Assembly: GCA_028571455.1 (NCBI GenBank)
Contig: JAPVVG010000061.1
Location: 1-55,292 of the forward strand
Direction of reading: 5' to 3'
DNA length: 55,292 nucleotides
From: Desulfobacteraceae bacterium
Lineage (GTDB): Bacteria; Desulfobacterota; Desulfobacteria; Desulfobacterales; ETH-SRB1
Of this stretch, positions 9,067-19,258 are shown piece by piece; position 1 is the stretch's first letter; each line of letters opens with the position of its first letter. The notes below the pieces were generated by a model. It was not told the origin of the DNA. It did no database searches and was given only the letters and a program-made list of their open reading frames with translations. The position numbers and the translations under genes are program-made.

Positions 9067-9349
9067 GGGGTTCAGGGTTACCTTTCATTGAATTAAGAGA
9101 ATATACAAAGGCCAACAATTCTGCGACAATAACATAAAGGGCAGGGGGGATCTCTTCATTCAAATCAAGCTGTGATAAAACCTCTATCAGATCCGGGTCA
9201 TTGTGGATGTGTATATTATGCTCTCTTGCGATCTCGATGATCTTCTCGGCCACTTTTCCCTTTCCCATGGCTGTGACCCTGGGCGCTTTGTCTAATTCAG
9301 GCTGATACTTTAAGGCAACAGCCCTGTTTTGTCCTTTTCTTCTTTTCAT
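8984..9349 (-). CDS. stand-alone FlhB C-terminal-domain protein (YlqH/FlhB-C-like)
   Basis: 121 aa. ALKYQPELDKAPRVTAMGKGKVAEKIIEIAREHNIHIHNDPDLIEVL...IPPALYVIVAELLAFVY matches the FlhB cytoplasmic subdomain after NPTH. The last ~30 aa are translated from intergenic repeats. Confidence 0.8.
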   Translation of the reverse strand: MKRRKGQNRAVALKYQPELDKAPRVTAMGKGKVAEKIIEIAREHNIHIHNDPDLIEVLSQLDLNEEIPPALYVIVAELLAFVYSLNSMKGNPEPQMSEVRSQKSDVRCQRPSGRVVEWSSG

Positions 9350-10432
9350 TTAAGCGACAAGGCAAATGGCGCTGCCTTCCTCCTGAATAATTTCTTTGAC
9401 AAGCGATTTTCTGACTATCCCCGGTTCCTTAAGATGGCACTCTATATGGTGGATTGTGAAGCCCCTGTCTTTCAGGTTGCTGATAAAAGATAAAATATTA
9501 TTCTCAATAAGTAATTTTGTCTTCTCTTTAGCAAGCAGGAACCTTCCGTCAATCTCTTCTCCTTTAATAGTAAGATCTGCCCTGACAGGGCCAAGATTAG
9601 ACAACTCTAATAAAAAGGTTATACTGAAGAATTTTTTGTCGATTCTTTTCTTTCCACATTCATCCTTTTCTTCTTGAGGCAGATGTATCAACAACTGACC
9701 CACGGTAAAAAGCCCATTGGAAAATTGAATCGGAATAGGCAGAAAAATTTTCCTCTCATGCTCCAGTCCGAAGTGATTAAGAAGCTGGATGTTTTCTATG
9801 GTAGATACAAATCTTTTCAAAAGAACGCTTTTCCCTTCATTAAGGTTAAGGAATCTTGAAACCAGGCCTTTCAGGTCTCCTCCCATGAGTTTATTGAGAT
9901 TATTCCCGGCGATTGTCTTATTTATGAATGCCTTTCGAAGTTTTGCCTCCCAACTCAAACCCGATTTTTCAATCAGCGTCTTTAGCAGGTCCGGGGCGGA
10001 TTTTAAAGATAATCGAAGCAACAGGTCGTCCATCAATTCCCTGAACCGGGATATTTCTGCTTGCGGCAGGCCATGGTGATCTATGTTTTCATGTATAGAT
10101 TTCCACAGATTTTCCTTCATTGCAGACAGTATAATAGAAATATTAATTGCATCTGAATCTGCGAATCTAATTCCAAGGAGTTTGAGGGTTGGGGTGGGTC
10201 TAATCTCTTCAACTTTCAGGGATAGAACACTCCCTTCCCTCAGCAGGACATGGGTTCTTGCCGTCACCTCTTTTCCCTTGATGAGAAGCAGAACATTGCC
10301 TGAAGAAAAAGATTTTAATACCTTTCCCTCAACAACCTCATTTGTGCGCAATTTAGGTGGGGATGCAACATCCTGATCAGGCTTGAGAAATATTTTTGAT
10401 ACTGAATACGGGGTACTATTAACATGTATCAA
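9350..10432 (-). CDS. hypothetical protein, translationally coupled to the FlhB-C-like gene
   Basis: 360 aa. Its stop codon TAA abuts the downstream ATG. The N-terminal segment VVEGKVLKSFSSGNVLLLIKGKEVTARTHVLLREGSVLSLKV resembles segments seen in FliK-like proteins. The function is unknown. Confidence 0.7.
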   Translation of the reverse strand: MIHVNSTPYSVSKIFLKPDQDVASPPKLRTNEVVEGKVLKSFSSGNVLLLIKGKEVTARTHVLLREGSVLSLKVEEIRPTPTLKLLGIRFADSDAINISIILSAMKENLWKSIHENIDHHGLPQAEISRFRELMDDLLLRLSLKSAPDLLKTLIEKSGLSWEAKLRKAFINKTIAGNNLNKLMGGDLKGLVSRFLNLNEGKSVLLKRFVSTIENIQLLNHFGLEHERKIFLPIPIQFSNGLFTVGQLLIHLPQEEKDECGKKRIDKKFFSITFLLELSNLGPVRADLTIKGEEIDGRFLLAKEKTKLLIENNILSFISNLKDRGFTIHHIECHLKEPGIVRKSLVKEIIQEEGSAICLVA

Positions 10433-10926
10433 GGCACACCTTCTTTACTTCCTATCCGGGAGAGTTTTTTCTTTAAATCCAGGACAAGCTTTATCTTGCC
10501 CTTGGGGATTGAAAGTATCCGGGCTGTTTTTTCTAAATCGCAACCCTCTCTTGCCAGTCTTAAAATCTCTTTTTCCTGGCTTTTAAGAGAAACCAGGTTA
10601 TCATTCGCGTCGACAGATCCCATTTCACAGGAAGAAAGCGCTGCGTCAGCCCTGTTTAACAACACATTCAAACTCATTATCCTCTTATCCAGTTTTTCAT
10701 TAAGACCTTTTATGAGTTGATGTTTTTCTTCTAACTCTTCCCTTAATTGACCTGATATTTTATCTGCATCAATAAGCAAAGATTCAAATATTTTTGTTCC
10801 TTTATGGAACGATTTGTCGCTATTGAAAGACGCTAACTTCCTGATGAAGAAAACAAAAAAAATAATAATGGCAATATCAATTCCTATCAGTGCAAGAATC
10901 AGCAACTTTAACTCGATGAATGGCAT
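10429..10926 (-). CDS. membrane-anchored coiled-coil protein with C-terminal HTH (DUF2802-like)
   Basis: 165 aa. It has an N-terminal TM helix, a coiled coil, and a C-terminal EKEILRLAREGCDLEKTARILSIPKGKIKLVL helix-turn-helix. Confidence 0.65.
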   Translation of the reverse strand: MPFIELKLLILALIGIDIAIIIFFVFFIRKLASFNSDKSFHKGTKIFESLLIDADKISGQLREELEEKHQLIKGLNEKLDKRIMSLNVLLNRADAALSSCEMGSVDANDNLVSLKSQEKEILRLAREGCDLEKTARILSIPKGKIKLVLDLKKKLSRIGSKEGVP

Positions 10927-10928
10927 GA

Positions 10929-11234
10929 TCAGGCCTCTATATCTATAAGGCTTCCTTCTGATGAGTCGAGGACTTCTTTTGATTTTTTCTTTTTTGAACC
11001 TTCTTCATCATACCTGGAGTCTTCCCTGTTCTTTTTCTCTTCGTCACCCTTAATCTCTATCCTGTTTTCTGTTTCAAAATCCTGGACCTTTTTCTTGTCC
11101 TCCTTTTTCTTGTCCTCTGTTTTTTGTGCAACAAGTTGCTGATTCAATTCCAGATTCTGCCTCCCGACATTATGCACTTCCTTTATGGCGCTTCCCTGAC
11201 CCAGGACGATATTCATATCAGTTGTATTTGACAT
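10929..11234 (-). CDS. Lys/Glu-rich small hypothetical protein
   Basis: About 101 aa counted from the ATG (MSNTTD...), which has GGAGGTGGAA immediately upstream. The ORF-track start at 11246 is a TTG inside that SD. Confidence 0.55.
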   Translation of the reverse strand: MSNTTDMNIVLGQGSAIKEVHNVGRQNLELNQQLVAQKTEDKKKEDKKKVQDFETENRIEIKGDEEKKNREDSRYDEEGSKKKKSKEVLDSSEGSLIDIEA

Positions 11235-11249
11235 TTCCACCTCCAAAAC

Positions 11250-11855
11250 TCAAACAGCTAAAAAATCGGTTATATAGGCCTCATTGATCCTCCCCATAGA
11301 TAAAGCCCCATTAACTGCTCTGATAATACACTTCTTAAGTTTCTCCAGTGAAGGGACATCTTTGAGTCCATTTATCTCTTCTGTCAACATATCATAGATG
11401 ATTCCTCTAAGCCGATTTTTCTCCTGTATCATTTGTTCCCTTAATTCTTTATCCGGCAACTTAAAGGCAATAGTTAAAGAGATATAGGTAAATTTTTTAC
11501 TCTGTTTAAAGGGAATAACAAATGAGTGAAATACGAGTAATTGATCTTTCGGGATCGCAAATCTCTCAGGTCCTTCCTTTTGATTAGATGTTACAAGAGA
11601 CATTTCTCCTTTCATATAAAGATATCCTGTCCCTGTTAAAAGGCAGAGCCCAATTGCAATACATAACAATAACCTTTTCTTTTCTCTACAGAGTCCTGCT
11701 AAAATAAGTAACCACAACCTTTTTCTCTCTCTATTCTTCACCTCAAGGTTGTTAGAATCTTCCTCTTCCGGAATTGATGGTACATCTAATTCATCTAATT
11801 CAAGTCCGCTAAATTGGTTATTATTTTCTTCGCCATTTGAAGAAATCATGATCAA
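11250..11855 (-). CDS. FliL-like basal-body-associated protein (second paralog)
   Basis: 201 aa. It has a long acidic N-terminus, one TM helix, and a FliL-like C-terminus (..FTYISLTIAFKLPDKELREQMIQEKNRLRGIIYDML...AYITDFLAV). Confidence 0.6.
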   Translation of the reverse strand: MIMISSNGEENNNQFSGLELDELDVPSIPEEEDSNNLEVKNRERKRLWLLILAGLCREKKRLLLCIAIGLCLLTGTGYLYMKGEMSLVTSNQKEGPERFAIPKDQLLVFHSFVIPFKQSKKFTYISLTIAFKLPDKELREQMIQEKNRLRGIIYDMLTEEINGLKDVPSLEKLKKCIIRAVNGALSMGRINEAYITDFLAV

Positions 11856-11875
11856 CCTCCATGAGGCGTGTTACA

Positions 11876-13021
11876 TTATTTTCTTTTCATCAAATAATCC
11901 AGGAGTCGCCACGCGGGTTCTGTAGGCTTTGATTTTACGCACTCTTCGAGCACCACTATCGCTTCTTCAATTCTGCCAATTTCAAAATAGACTCTTCCTA
12001 AATTATAAAGGATAACATGATTTCCTGGGGCGAGGCTCAAACACTTCAGGTATTGTTGAATGGCTGCCTCGTGCTGCCCAATTTTTCTCAATTCTACAGC
12101 ATACTTGTTAAAGGTCTCAACTGTTTGTGGAATTGGATCGATAGTTTGATCTAAAAAATTCCCTGCCTTTTTTATGTCACCGGAATCGAGATAAACTTTT
12201 CCCATGTCCACGAGATTGAGATCGGTCGGATTTGTATCCGCTATAGCATCAAATATTTCAGTGGCTTCATTTGCTAACCCTAACTTCGCATACACCTTCC
12301 CCAGTTCTATTTTCCTGCTCCTGTTCAATGGATTCTTTATGCTAGCTTGCTTGTAGTATTGAAGGGCTTCTTCATACTTTTCTTCTTTCATGCAGAGATT
12401 GCCCAGCAAGTTAAGCGCCTTGCTGTCTATTTTTATATCCATTAACCTGTCAATATATTTTCTCGCATTTTCAAAGTCTCCGGAATTAAAGTAGCACTCG
12501 GCTAAAATAGAAAGAACGGTTGGATGTTCCTTTTGCATTAGGAGTTTTTGGGCATAGTCTATCGCCTCATCGTATCTCTCGTAAACTTTAAGGAGGGATA
12601 ACTTTTGTATTTGGTGTTGCATTTCATCTGGATTTAATCGTTTTCTAAAAATGCTTCTTATTGCATCCATTATGCGTTCTTCAGTAAAAGGCTTTTGCTG
12701 ATAACCATCAACGCCCTCTTCGACTGCGTAAATGACCTTGTCTTCGGACATTTCCTCTGTAACCATCAGAACAGGCAGGCTATGGTATTTTGAATCGCTT
12801 CTTATCCTTGTTAACAGTTCAATACCGCTCATATTGGGCATTCCCCAATCAGTAATAACAAAGTCAATATTAGTCTTTTTAAGTATAGCAAGAGCAGCTT
12901 TTCCACTATTACATGTGGAAACTTGTCTATAACCATTACTTCTTAAAATTCCCCTTAATAGCTGTATAATGAGATCCTGGTCATCTACAATTAAGAAAGT
13001 GTAATTTTGTCTATCTAACAT
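11876..13021 (-). CDS. response regulator receiver + TPR repeat protein
   Basis: 381 aa. The REC domain is canonical (LIVDDQ..., DFVITDWGMPNMSG, KPF) and is followed by multiple TPR-like repeats. Confidence 0.85.
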   Translation of the reverse strand: MLDRQNYTFLIVDDQDLIIQLLRGILRSNGYRQVSTCNSGKAALAILKKTNIDFVITDWGMPNMSGIELLTRIRSDSKYHSLPVLMVTEEMSEDKVIYAVEEGVDGYQQKPFTEERIMDAIRSIFRKRLNPDEMQHQIQKLSLLKVYERYDEAIDYAQKLLMQKEHPTVLSILAECYFNSGDFENARKYIDRLMDIKIDSKALNLLGNLCMKEEKYEEALQYYKQASIKNPLNRSRKIELGKVYAKLGLANEATEIFDAIADTNPTDLNLVDMGKVYLDSGDIKKAGNFLDQTIDPIPQTVETFNKYAVELRKIGQHEAAIQQYLKCLSLAPGNHVILYNLGRVYFEIGRIEEAIVVLEECVKSKPTEPAWRLLDYLMKRK

Positions 13022-13145
13022 GCCTCACTCCATTTGTAAGAAATTCGTAACACTTTAGCGCTTTTAAATATTATTTTTCATCTTCCGGTTCATCCAATTC
13101 ATTCCCGGAGAATTGTTCATCTTTTTCTTCCATTTTTTCTTTGCC

Positions 13146-13910
13146 TTATGAACCTTCATAATATGATCGAAGTTTTGCCCTTAATTTTATTATTGCCTCT
13201 GAATGGATTTGAGATACCCTTGACTCTGTCAAATCCAACACTCTGCCTATTTCCTTTAATGTCAACTCATCATAATAATATAGTGAAACAACTAACTGTT
13301 CCTTTTTTGAAATCCTTAAAAGCGCCTTAGATATGACCTGTTTCAATTCCCTTATTTTTAATTCATCAAAAGGCGAGGGTGTGTCGGATGTCCGATTTGT
13401 AAATTTTGGGACAGCACCGTCCGGCATGATCTCGTCAAGGCTTAAAAGTCTGATTCCCTGTGCTCTCCAGGTCATCCTGTAGTATGAATCAATATCGACT
13501 TCCATCTCCCGGGCGACCTCAAAATCCTCCGGCTCCCTGTCAAATCTGAATCTAAGGGTGCTCAGAGCGTCTTCAATTCTGTGAATATCTTTCATGGCAG
13601 ACCTGGAAGCCCAGCCCATTTTTCGCAATTCGTCTAACATGGCTCCTTTTATCCTGTACTCTGCATATGTCTGAAATTTAGCCCCCTTTTCTGAATCGAA
13701 TTTATCAAGGGCATCATATAGCCCTACTATTCCTGCGCTCGTCAGATCTTCTTTCGACATACTGCGGGGCAGTCGAATCGCCATTCTGTCCGCAATGTAT
13801 TTTACAAGAGGGGCATATTCGAGAATAAGGTCTTCTCTGGCCTTTGTATCCATATAACCTTGATCTGTTTGGAACGCCTGCTTGTATTTACTAATCTGCG
13901 CTCTCATCAT
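13146..13910 (-). CDS. fliA: flagellar sigma factor FliA (sigma-28)
   Basis: 254 aa. It has sigma-70 family regions 2-4 (YAPLVKYIADRM..., GIVGLYDALDKFD, LTLKEIGRVLDLTESRVSQIH) and follows flhG. Confidence 0.92.
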   Translation of the reverse strand: MMRAQISKYKQAFQTDQGYMDTKAREDLILEYAPLVKYIADRMAIRLPRSMSKEDLTSAGIVGLYDALDKFDSEKGAKFQTYAEYRIKGAMLDELRKMGWASRSAMKDIHRIEDALSTLRFRFDREPEDFEVAREMEVDIDSYYRMTWRAQGIRLLSLDEIMPDGAVPKFTNRTSDTPSPFDELKIRELKQVISKALLRISKKEQLVVSLYYYDELTLKEIGRVLDLTESRVSQIHSEAIIKLRAKLRSYYEGS

Positions 13911-13911
13911 C

Positions 13912-14823
13912 TTAACCCTCTGCTTTGCTCATCAGTCTTTTCCAGAAGAATTTTATATTTCCGTCAACTGGTCTTTTATCTGTCTGGTTTAAAAGGTAAT
14001 TAGCCAGTTTTTTAAAACTGTTGCTTGAAGATGCTCCAGGATAACAACATAGAACAGGCTCTCTTCTGCTTACCGCCTTTTGCAAGAAATCATCCCTTGG
14101 GATATATCCGGCATACTCTATAGATATGCCTCTCAGAAATCTGTCCACCACCCTGCTCAGATTCTTGTAAACCGATCTTGCCTCTTTTTCGTTTCTAACC
14201 ATATTTAACAGAACGAAAAAATTCCTGGTCCCGTGCTGGCAAAACATGACTTTTAAAAGAGCATAGGCATCCGTAATTGATGTGGGTTCAGGGGTCACAA
14301 CTATGATCCTTTCCTGCGCTGCCAGGTTAAAATAGATAACATTGGAGGAAATCCCTGCGCCGGTGTCAATCAGCAAAATATCAAACATGCTGTTCAAGTT
14401 ATCAAATTCATTTAACAGGTTTATCTTATGGCCTTCCGTTAGATTGACCAGTTCCTGTATACCGGAACTGGCTGGTATGACCGACACACCTTCCGGTCCT
14501 TTAACGATAATCTGAGATAGCTCTTTTTCTCCCCTGACGACCTCATCAATGTTATGCTCCGGGTTAAAACCAAAGATAATATCAATATTGGCGAGTCCGA
14601 GATCAGCATCAAAGATTAAAACCCTTTTTCCCATCCGCTGACATGCAATAGCCAGATTACCAGCTATATTTGTTTTGCCGACACCCCCCTTGCCGCTGGT
14701 AACGGCAATAACTCTGGGAGTATTTGCTGTGGGAAATAATCCATTTTCATCATCCTTCTTGAGCATATAAATTTTGTCGGATTCTCCCTTTACTATCCTT
14801 CTTAAATGTGCGGCCTGATCCAT
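13912..14823 (-). CDS. flhG: MinD/ParA-type ATPase FlhG (FleN/YlxH)
   Basis: 303 aa. It carries the N-terminal DQAAHLR motif and the deviant Walker A SGKGGVGKT. Confidence 0.9.
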   Translation of the reverse strand: MDQAAHLRRIVKGESDKIYMLKKDDENGLFPTANTPRVIAVTSGKGGVGKTNIAGNLAIACQRMGKRVLIFDADLGLANIDIIFGFNPEHNIDEVVRGEKELSQIIVKGPEGVSVIPASSGIQELVNLTEGHKINLLNEFDNLNSMFDILLIDTGAGISSNVIYFNLAAQERIIVVTPEPTSITDAYALLKVMFCQHGTRNFFVLLNMVRNEKEARSVYKNLSRVVDRFLRGISIEYAGYIPRDDFLQKAVSRREPVLCCYPGASSSNSFKKLANYLLNQTDKRPVDGNIKFFWKRLMSKAEG

Positions 14824-14863
14824 TTTTCAATTCTCCTAAAGAGACTTTTTTTCAAGTGTTGCC

Positions 14864-15919
14864 CTAATTTCTATTCAGTAACAGTTTTAAGATCTTTCTC
14901 TTATCTGCCTGCTCAATATCCTCAGGCACATTCTGTCCGGCAGTAATGTATGAAATGGGTAATCTTAATTTTATTATCTGATTTATAACCGAACCAAACC
15001 TTTCTGCTTCATCTATCTTGGTAAATATATAGGTCTGAAATTTTAATGGACCAAAGCTGATAGCCGTCTTGATCATCTCAGACTGCGTAGTTCCAACACT
15101 CAGGAGAAGGTGTGAGCTAATAGTTAAATCATCGGCAATCATTGTCTTTAGTTCCTCTATTCTAAGCATATCGTACTGGCTCCGTCCTGCTGTGTCGATC
15201 AAGACAACATCTCTTCCTTCCATTTTTCTAAGGGCAAAGAGTAAATCTTTCCTTTTAAATGCCTGGAAACAAGGGATGCCCAAAATATTTGCGTAGGTCC
15301 TCAGTTGTTCTATGGCCCCTATTCGATAGGTATCTATCGAGATTAAGCCCACCTTTTTTCTGTCTTTAAGCATAAGCTGTGCGGCAAGCTTTGCAATTGT
15401 AGTAGTCTTACCTACGCCTGTTGTCCCAATAAACGCCGCTATTATCTGTTTGTTATCTTTTGCCTCAAATGGATCTTTTACATCTATGACCCGCATTAGC
15501 TCTTTGATTGCTTTCTTCCCGATATTATCCGCGTGATTGTGAGGGCTGTCTTTGAGCGCTCCGGCCCTTTCCAGAATATTTCTTGCATAATGATCATCAA
15601 CTCCCTCCCTGATCAATTTTGCATAGAGACTGAGAGCAGCAGGATTCATCATCAAGTTTTCTATAGCGCTATCTGAATGATTCAGGAGGAAAATCATTTC
15701 TTTTATACTCACCAGCTCGGCTTTTACCTCGCTAAAGGGACTTGAAATCTTATTGGAAATATCAGCTCCTCCCGGCACTGCGGATATCTCAAACAAATCA
15801 CTTTCATCCCTTTCCCTTAATCTCTTAGTGGAAATTATCATTGCATCCGGGCCTAAGGAATTTTTGACCTTTGCGGTAGCCTCTTTAATTGTTCTCGCAC
15901 AGTATTTATTAGCCTGCAT
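14864..15919 (-). CDS. flhF: SRP-type GTPase FlhF
   Basis: 351 aa with G1 GTTGVGKTTTIAKLA and DTAGRS. It lies between flhA and flhG. Confidence 0.9.
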   Translation of the reverse strand: MQANKYCARTIKEATAKVKNSLGPDAMIISTKRLRERDESDLFEISAVPGGADISNKISSPFSEVKAELVSIKEMIFLLNHSDSAIENLMMNPAALSLYAKLIREGVDDHYARNILERAGALKDSPHNHADNIGKKAIKELMRVIDVKDPFEAKDNKQIIAAFIGTTGVGKTTTIAKLAAQLMLKDRKKVGLISIDTYRIGAIEQLRTYANILGIPCFQAFKRKDLLFALRKMEGRDVVLIDTAGRSQYDMLRIEELKTMIADDLTISSHLLLSVGTTQSEMIKTAISFGPLKFQTYIFTKIDEAERFGSVINQIIKLRLPISYITAGQNVPEDIEQADKRKILKLLLNRN

Positions 15920-17996
15920 AATCCAAATTTACTTCTCCGATTGATTTAAAGCTTATATCACTTAAGAGCTCACTCTGGGACAGTACCATTAAGGAAGGGA
16001 CAAAATATTCCACCATCTTTTTCAAATGCCTTCGTATCGCTGGTGAAGTCATAAGAATGGGTTGGACATTTTTTGCCATGGCCTTTTCCGCCTCCTTTTT
16101 GATGGAAGTAATAATGGGATTTGCAACCTTTGGATCAATGGAAAGATACGAGCCGTGTTCTGTTTTCTGGATCCCTTTAAGGAGCAAATCCTCTACATCC
16201 TGGGCCATGGTTATCAGTTCCAACACGCCATCTTCTCCTATGTAAGGGCTGATGATAGATCTGGAAAGCTTGTGCCTGACATATTCGGTTAAGAGCTCCG
16301 GATCCTTGGTCAATGGAGCATAGTCAGCAAGCGTCTCAACGATAGTTAACATATCCTTGATAGATATTTGCTCCTGCAAAAGATTTTGCAAAACCTTTAG
16401 CACAGCGCCCAAAGAAAGAAGATTTGGCGTCAACTCCTCAACAGCCTTTGGATAGGGCTTGCTCAGGTTATCGAGCAGGTTTTGAACCTCCTGCCTTCCC
16501 AGCAATTCCGATGCGTGTTTTCGAAGAACCTCGGTCAAATGGGTAGCCATTACTGTGACAGAATCAACTACCGTATAACCTGCAAGCTTTGCCTCCTCTT
16601 TCTTGCCCTCTGGTATCCAGGCTGCAGGCAAATTGAATGCAGGTTCCTTTGTCTCTACCCCTTCAATTTTCCTTGTAGAGTCTCCAGGGTCCATAATGAG
16701 ATAATGATTCACCATTAATTCAGCGCCGGCGATCTTTACCCCTTTAAGAAGAATCTGGTACTCGGTTGATTTTATTTGGAGGTTGTCCCTGATATGGATT
16801 GGAGGTATAACCAGCCCCATCTCAAGCGCGAACTGCCGTCTGATTGAGCGTACCCTGTCAAGAAACTCTCCCCCCTGTTCTCTGTCTACCAGGCTAATAA
16901 GGCCGTATCCTACTTCTACCTCAAGAGGATCAACCAGAAGCAGGTGTTCTACAGGTTCCGGGCCAACCGCGGCTTTTTGCTTCTTCCTGTCTTCAATCTC
17001 TTTTACCTTTGATACTTTCTTTTTCCCTGTCAATAGATAAAGACTTCCTCCAATGAGTATGGAAAGCATTATAAACGGGATATGAGGCAAACCCGGGATG
17101 AGGCCGAAAAAGAAGATCGTAAGCGCTGAAAGATAGATCGCCTTTGGGTATTTAATGAACTGTTTGGCAAAATCGCTTCCCATGGTGCCCTCAGAACCCG
17201 CTCTACTTACAACAATTCCGGCAGCAGTTGATATGATGAGGGCGGGAATCTGGGATACGAGCCCGTCACCGACAGTTAAGAGGGTATAATTCTGGGCAGC
17301 GTCAATGAACGCCATGTTTTTTTGAAATACCCCGATTATAAATCCACCAAAAATATTGATAACGGTAATTATTATCCCGGCAATGGCATCTCCCCTTACA
17401 AATTTAGCCGCTCCATCCATTGCTCCATTGAATTCAGCCTCTCTCGTTATTATCCTCCTGCGTTGTTTTGCTTCATTTTCGTCTATAAGCCCGGCGTTTA
17501 AGTCCGCATCAACACCCATCTGCTTGCCGGGCATAGCATCGAGTGTAAACCTTGCAGCAACCTCAGCGATTCTGGTTGCGCCCTTGGTAATAACCACAAA
17601 ATTGATGATAACCAGGATAATAAAGACAATCATGCCGACAACATAATTCCCCCCTACCACAAAACTGCCAAATGACTTGATAACCATTCCTGCGGCCAGG
17701 GGTCCCTCATTGCCATGGAGAAGTATTAAGCGGGTAGATGCCACATTAAGCGAAAGCCTGAAGAGGGTCGTCACGAGAAGAAGGGATGGGAATATGGAAA
17801 AGTCCAGGGATTTCACCGTATACATGGCAATCAAAAGGATAGTTATTGCAATGGTAATATTCAGGGCCAGAAGGAAATCGAGAAGCATCGGCGGCAACGG
17901 GATAATCATGACCACAAGGATAGTAACCACTCCAATGACTGTCATGATCTCACTAACGGCAGCAATATTAAATTTTGATTCTATGATCTCTTCCAT
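15909..17996 (-). CDS. flhA: flagellar export gate protein FlhA
   Basis: 695 aa with an FHIPEP-type TM region and cytoplasmic domain. Confidence 0.97.
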   Translation of the reverse strand: MEEIIESKFNIAAVSEIMTVIGVVTILVVMIIPLPPMLLDFLLALNITIAITILLIAMYTVKSLDFSIFPSLLLVTTLFRLSLNVASTRLILLHGNEGPLAAGMVIKSFGSFVVGGNYVVGMIVFIILVIINFVVITKGATRIAEVAARFTLDAMPGKQMGVDADLNAGLIDENEAKQRRRIITREAEFNGAMDGAAKFVRGDAIAGIIITVINIFGGFIIGVFQKNMAFIDAAQNYTLLTVGDGLVSQIPALIISTAAGIVVSRAGSEGTMGSDFAKQFIKYPKAIYLSALTIFFFGLIPGLPHIPFIMLSILIGGSLYLLTGKKKVSKVKEIEDRKKQKAAVGPEPVEHLLLVDPLEVEVGYGLISLVDREQGGEFLDRVRSIRRQFALEMGLVIPPIHIRDNLQIKSTEYQILLKGVKIAGAELMVNHYLIMDPGDSTRKIEGVETKEPAFNLPAAWIPEGKKEEAKLAGYTVVDSVTVMATHLTEVLRKHASELLGRQEVQNLLDNLSKPYPKAVEELTPNLLSLGAVLKVLQNLLQEQISIKDMLTIVETLADYAPLTKDPELLTEYVRHKLSRSIISPYIGEDGVLELITMAQDVEDLLLKGIQKTEHGSYLSIDPKVANPIITSIKKEAEKAMAKNVQPILMTSPAIRRHLKKMVEYFVPSLMVLSQSELLSDISFKSIGEVNLDYAG

Positions 17997-18020
17997 AGTA
18001 TCTTCTATAACCTCTAACCT

Positions 18021-19100
18021 CTAACCTCTGAACCCTGAACCTTCTGTCTTGAGCTTATAAATGTAAGCCAAAACCTCAGCAACAGACTGGTATAAAAAGG
18101 CAGGTATTTCCTGACCTATCTCAACTATTGAATACAGGCTCCTGGCGAGTTCCTTGTTCTCTACAATCGGGATGTCATGCTTTTCTGCCAAATCTTTGAT
18201 CCTTTTGGCTATTTCTCCCGCTCCCTTAGCAAGTAAATTTGGCGCATTCATAACAGACTCATCATACATTAAAGCCACTGCAAGATGGGTAGGATTGGTA
18301 ATGACCACATCTGCCTTTGGAACGTCTTGCATCATCCTTTTTCTGGCCATCTGCAATTGAATGCTTCTTATCCTTGATTTTATCAGCGGATCACCTTCCG
18401 TCCTTTTTAACTCATCCTTCACATCTTTTTTGCTCATCCTGAGCCTCTTTTCAAAATCCCACTTCTGGAAGGCATAATCGATGGCTACAATAAAAATCAT
18501 CGCCAGAGTGCATCTGACAAAAAGCTTAAAGATGGTGACAAGGATATAGGCAATAATTGAATTCAGCTCCATATCGCCTAAAAGAAAAAGATTTTTCATT
18601 TCACCCTTTATTGTGAGATATCCTACTCCTCCGACAATAGCCAACTTCAGCAAAGACTTGAGTAGTTCCATAAATGACCGCTTTGAAAAGAGCCTTCCAA
18701 AACCCTTAATCGGATCTAATTTTGACATCTTGGGTTTGATCGATTCACCGGACAGCATAAAGCCAACCTGCATGATATTGGATAAAATCGCTGCAACAAC
18801 AATGGCTATCAGGAGGGGACATAATGTTAAGATAAACAAGAAGACCATCTCCCGGGCAAAAGCCATAAAATCAGGAACATTCAGATCATTCAAAATAGGA
18901 AGAGAAAATGCCAATCCCATGATAGTTTTGATATGAGTATACATATAGGATCCAAAGATGGTCAGGGCAATCAAACTGGCCAGGAGAACAGCCACTGAAG
19001 GCAACTCCCTGCTTTTTGCCACTTCCCCCTTTTTTCTGGCCTCTTGCCTCTTCTTTGGCGTTGCTTTTTCAGTCTTATCTTCAAAACTCTTTTCAGCCAT
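18021..19100 (-). CDS. flhB: flagellar export switch protein FlhB
   Basis: 359 aa. It has an N-terminal KTEKATPKKRQEARKKG segment, four TM helices, and the NPTH autocleavage site (VVITNPTHLAVAL). Confidence 0.97.
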   Translation of the reverse strand: MAEKSFEDKTEKATPKKRQEARKKGEVAKSRELPSVAVLLASLIALTIFGSYMYTHIKTIMGLAFSLPILNDLNVPDFMAFAREMVFLFILTLCPLLIAIVVAAILSNIMQVGFMLSGESIKPKMSKLDPIKGFGRLFSKRSFMELLKSLLKLAIVGGVGYLTIKGEMKNLFLLGDMELNSIIAYILVTIFKLFVRCTLAMIFIVAIDYAFQKWDFEKRLRMSKKDVKDELKRTEGDPLIKSRIRSIQLQMARKRMMQDVPKADVVITNPTHLAVALMYDESVMNAPNLLAKGAGEIAKRIKDLAEKHDIPIVENKELARSLYSIVEIGQEIPAFLYQSVAEVLAYIYKLKTEGSGFRG

Positions 19101-19116
19101 TCCCTATATCCCATCC

Positions 19117-19247
19117 ACAGATTTCGCAGATTCTCGCAGATTATTAAAAAACAATTCCATAATAACCTCAATCACCACTCCAATTATTGCATAAGTTTTT
19201 TTATCTTTTATATTCTTAATCCGTGTAATCTGCGTAATCTGCGGATC
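19117..19247. repeat. inverted pair of tandem 9-10-mers (CGCAGATT / AATCTGCG) flanking an AT-rich core, between fliR and flhB
   Basis: The left arm is cagatttcgcagattctcgcagatt and the right arm is gtaatctgcgtaatctgcgg. They can form two 8-bp helices. Confidence 0.85.
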
Positions 19248-19258
19248 TCAATCCCTAA

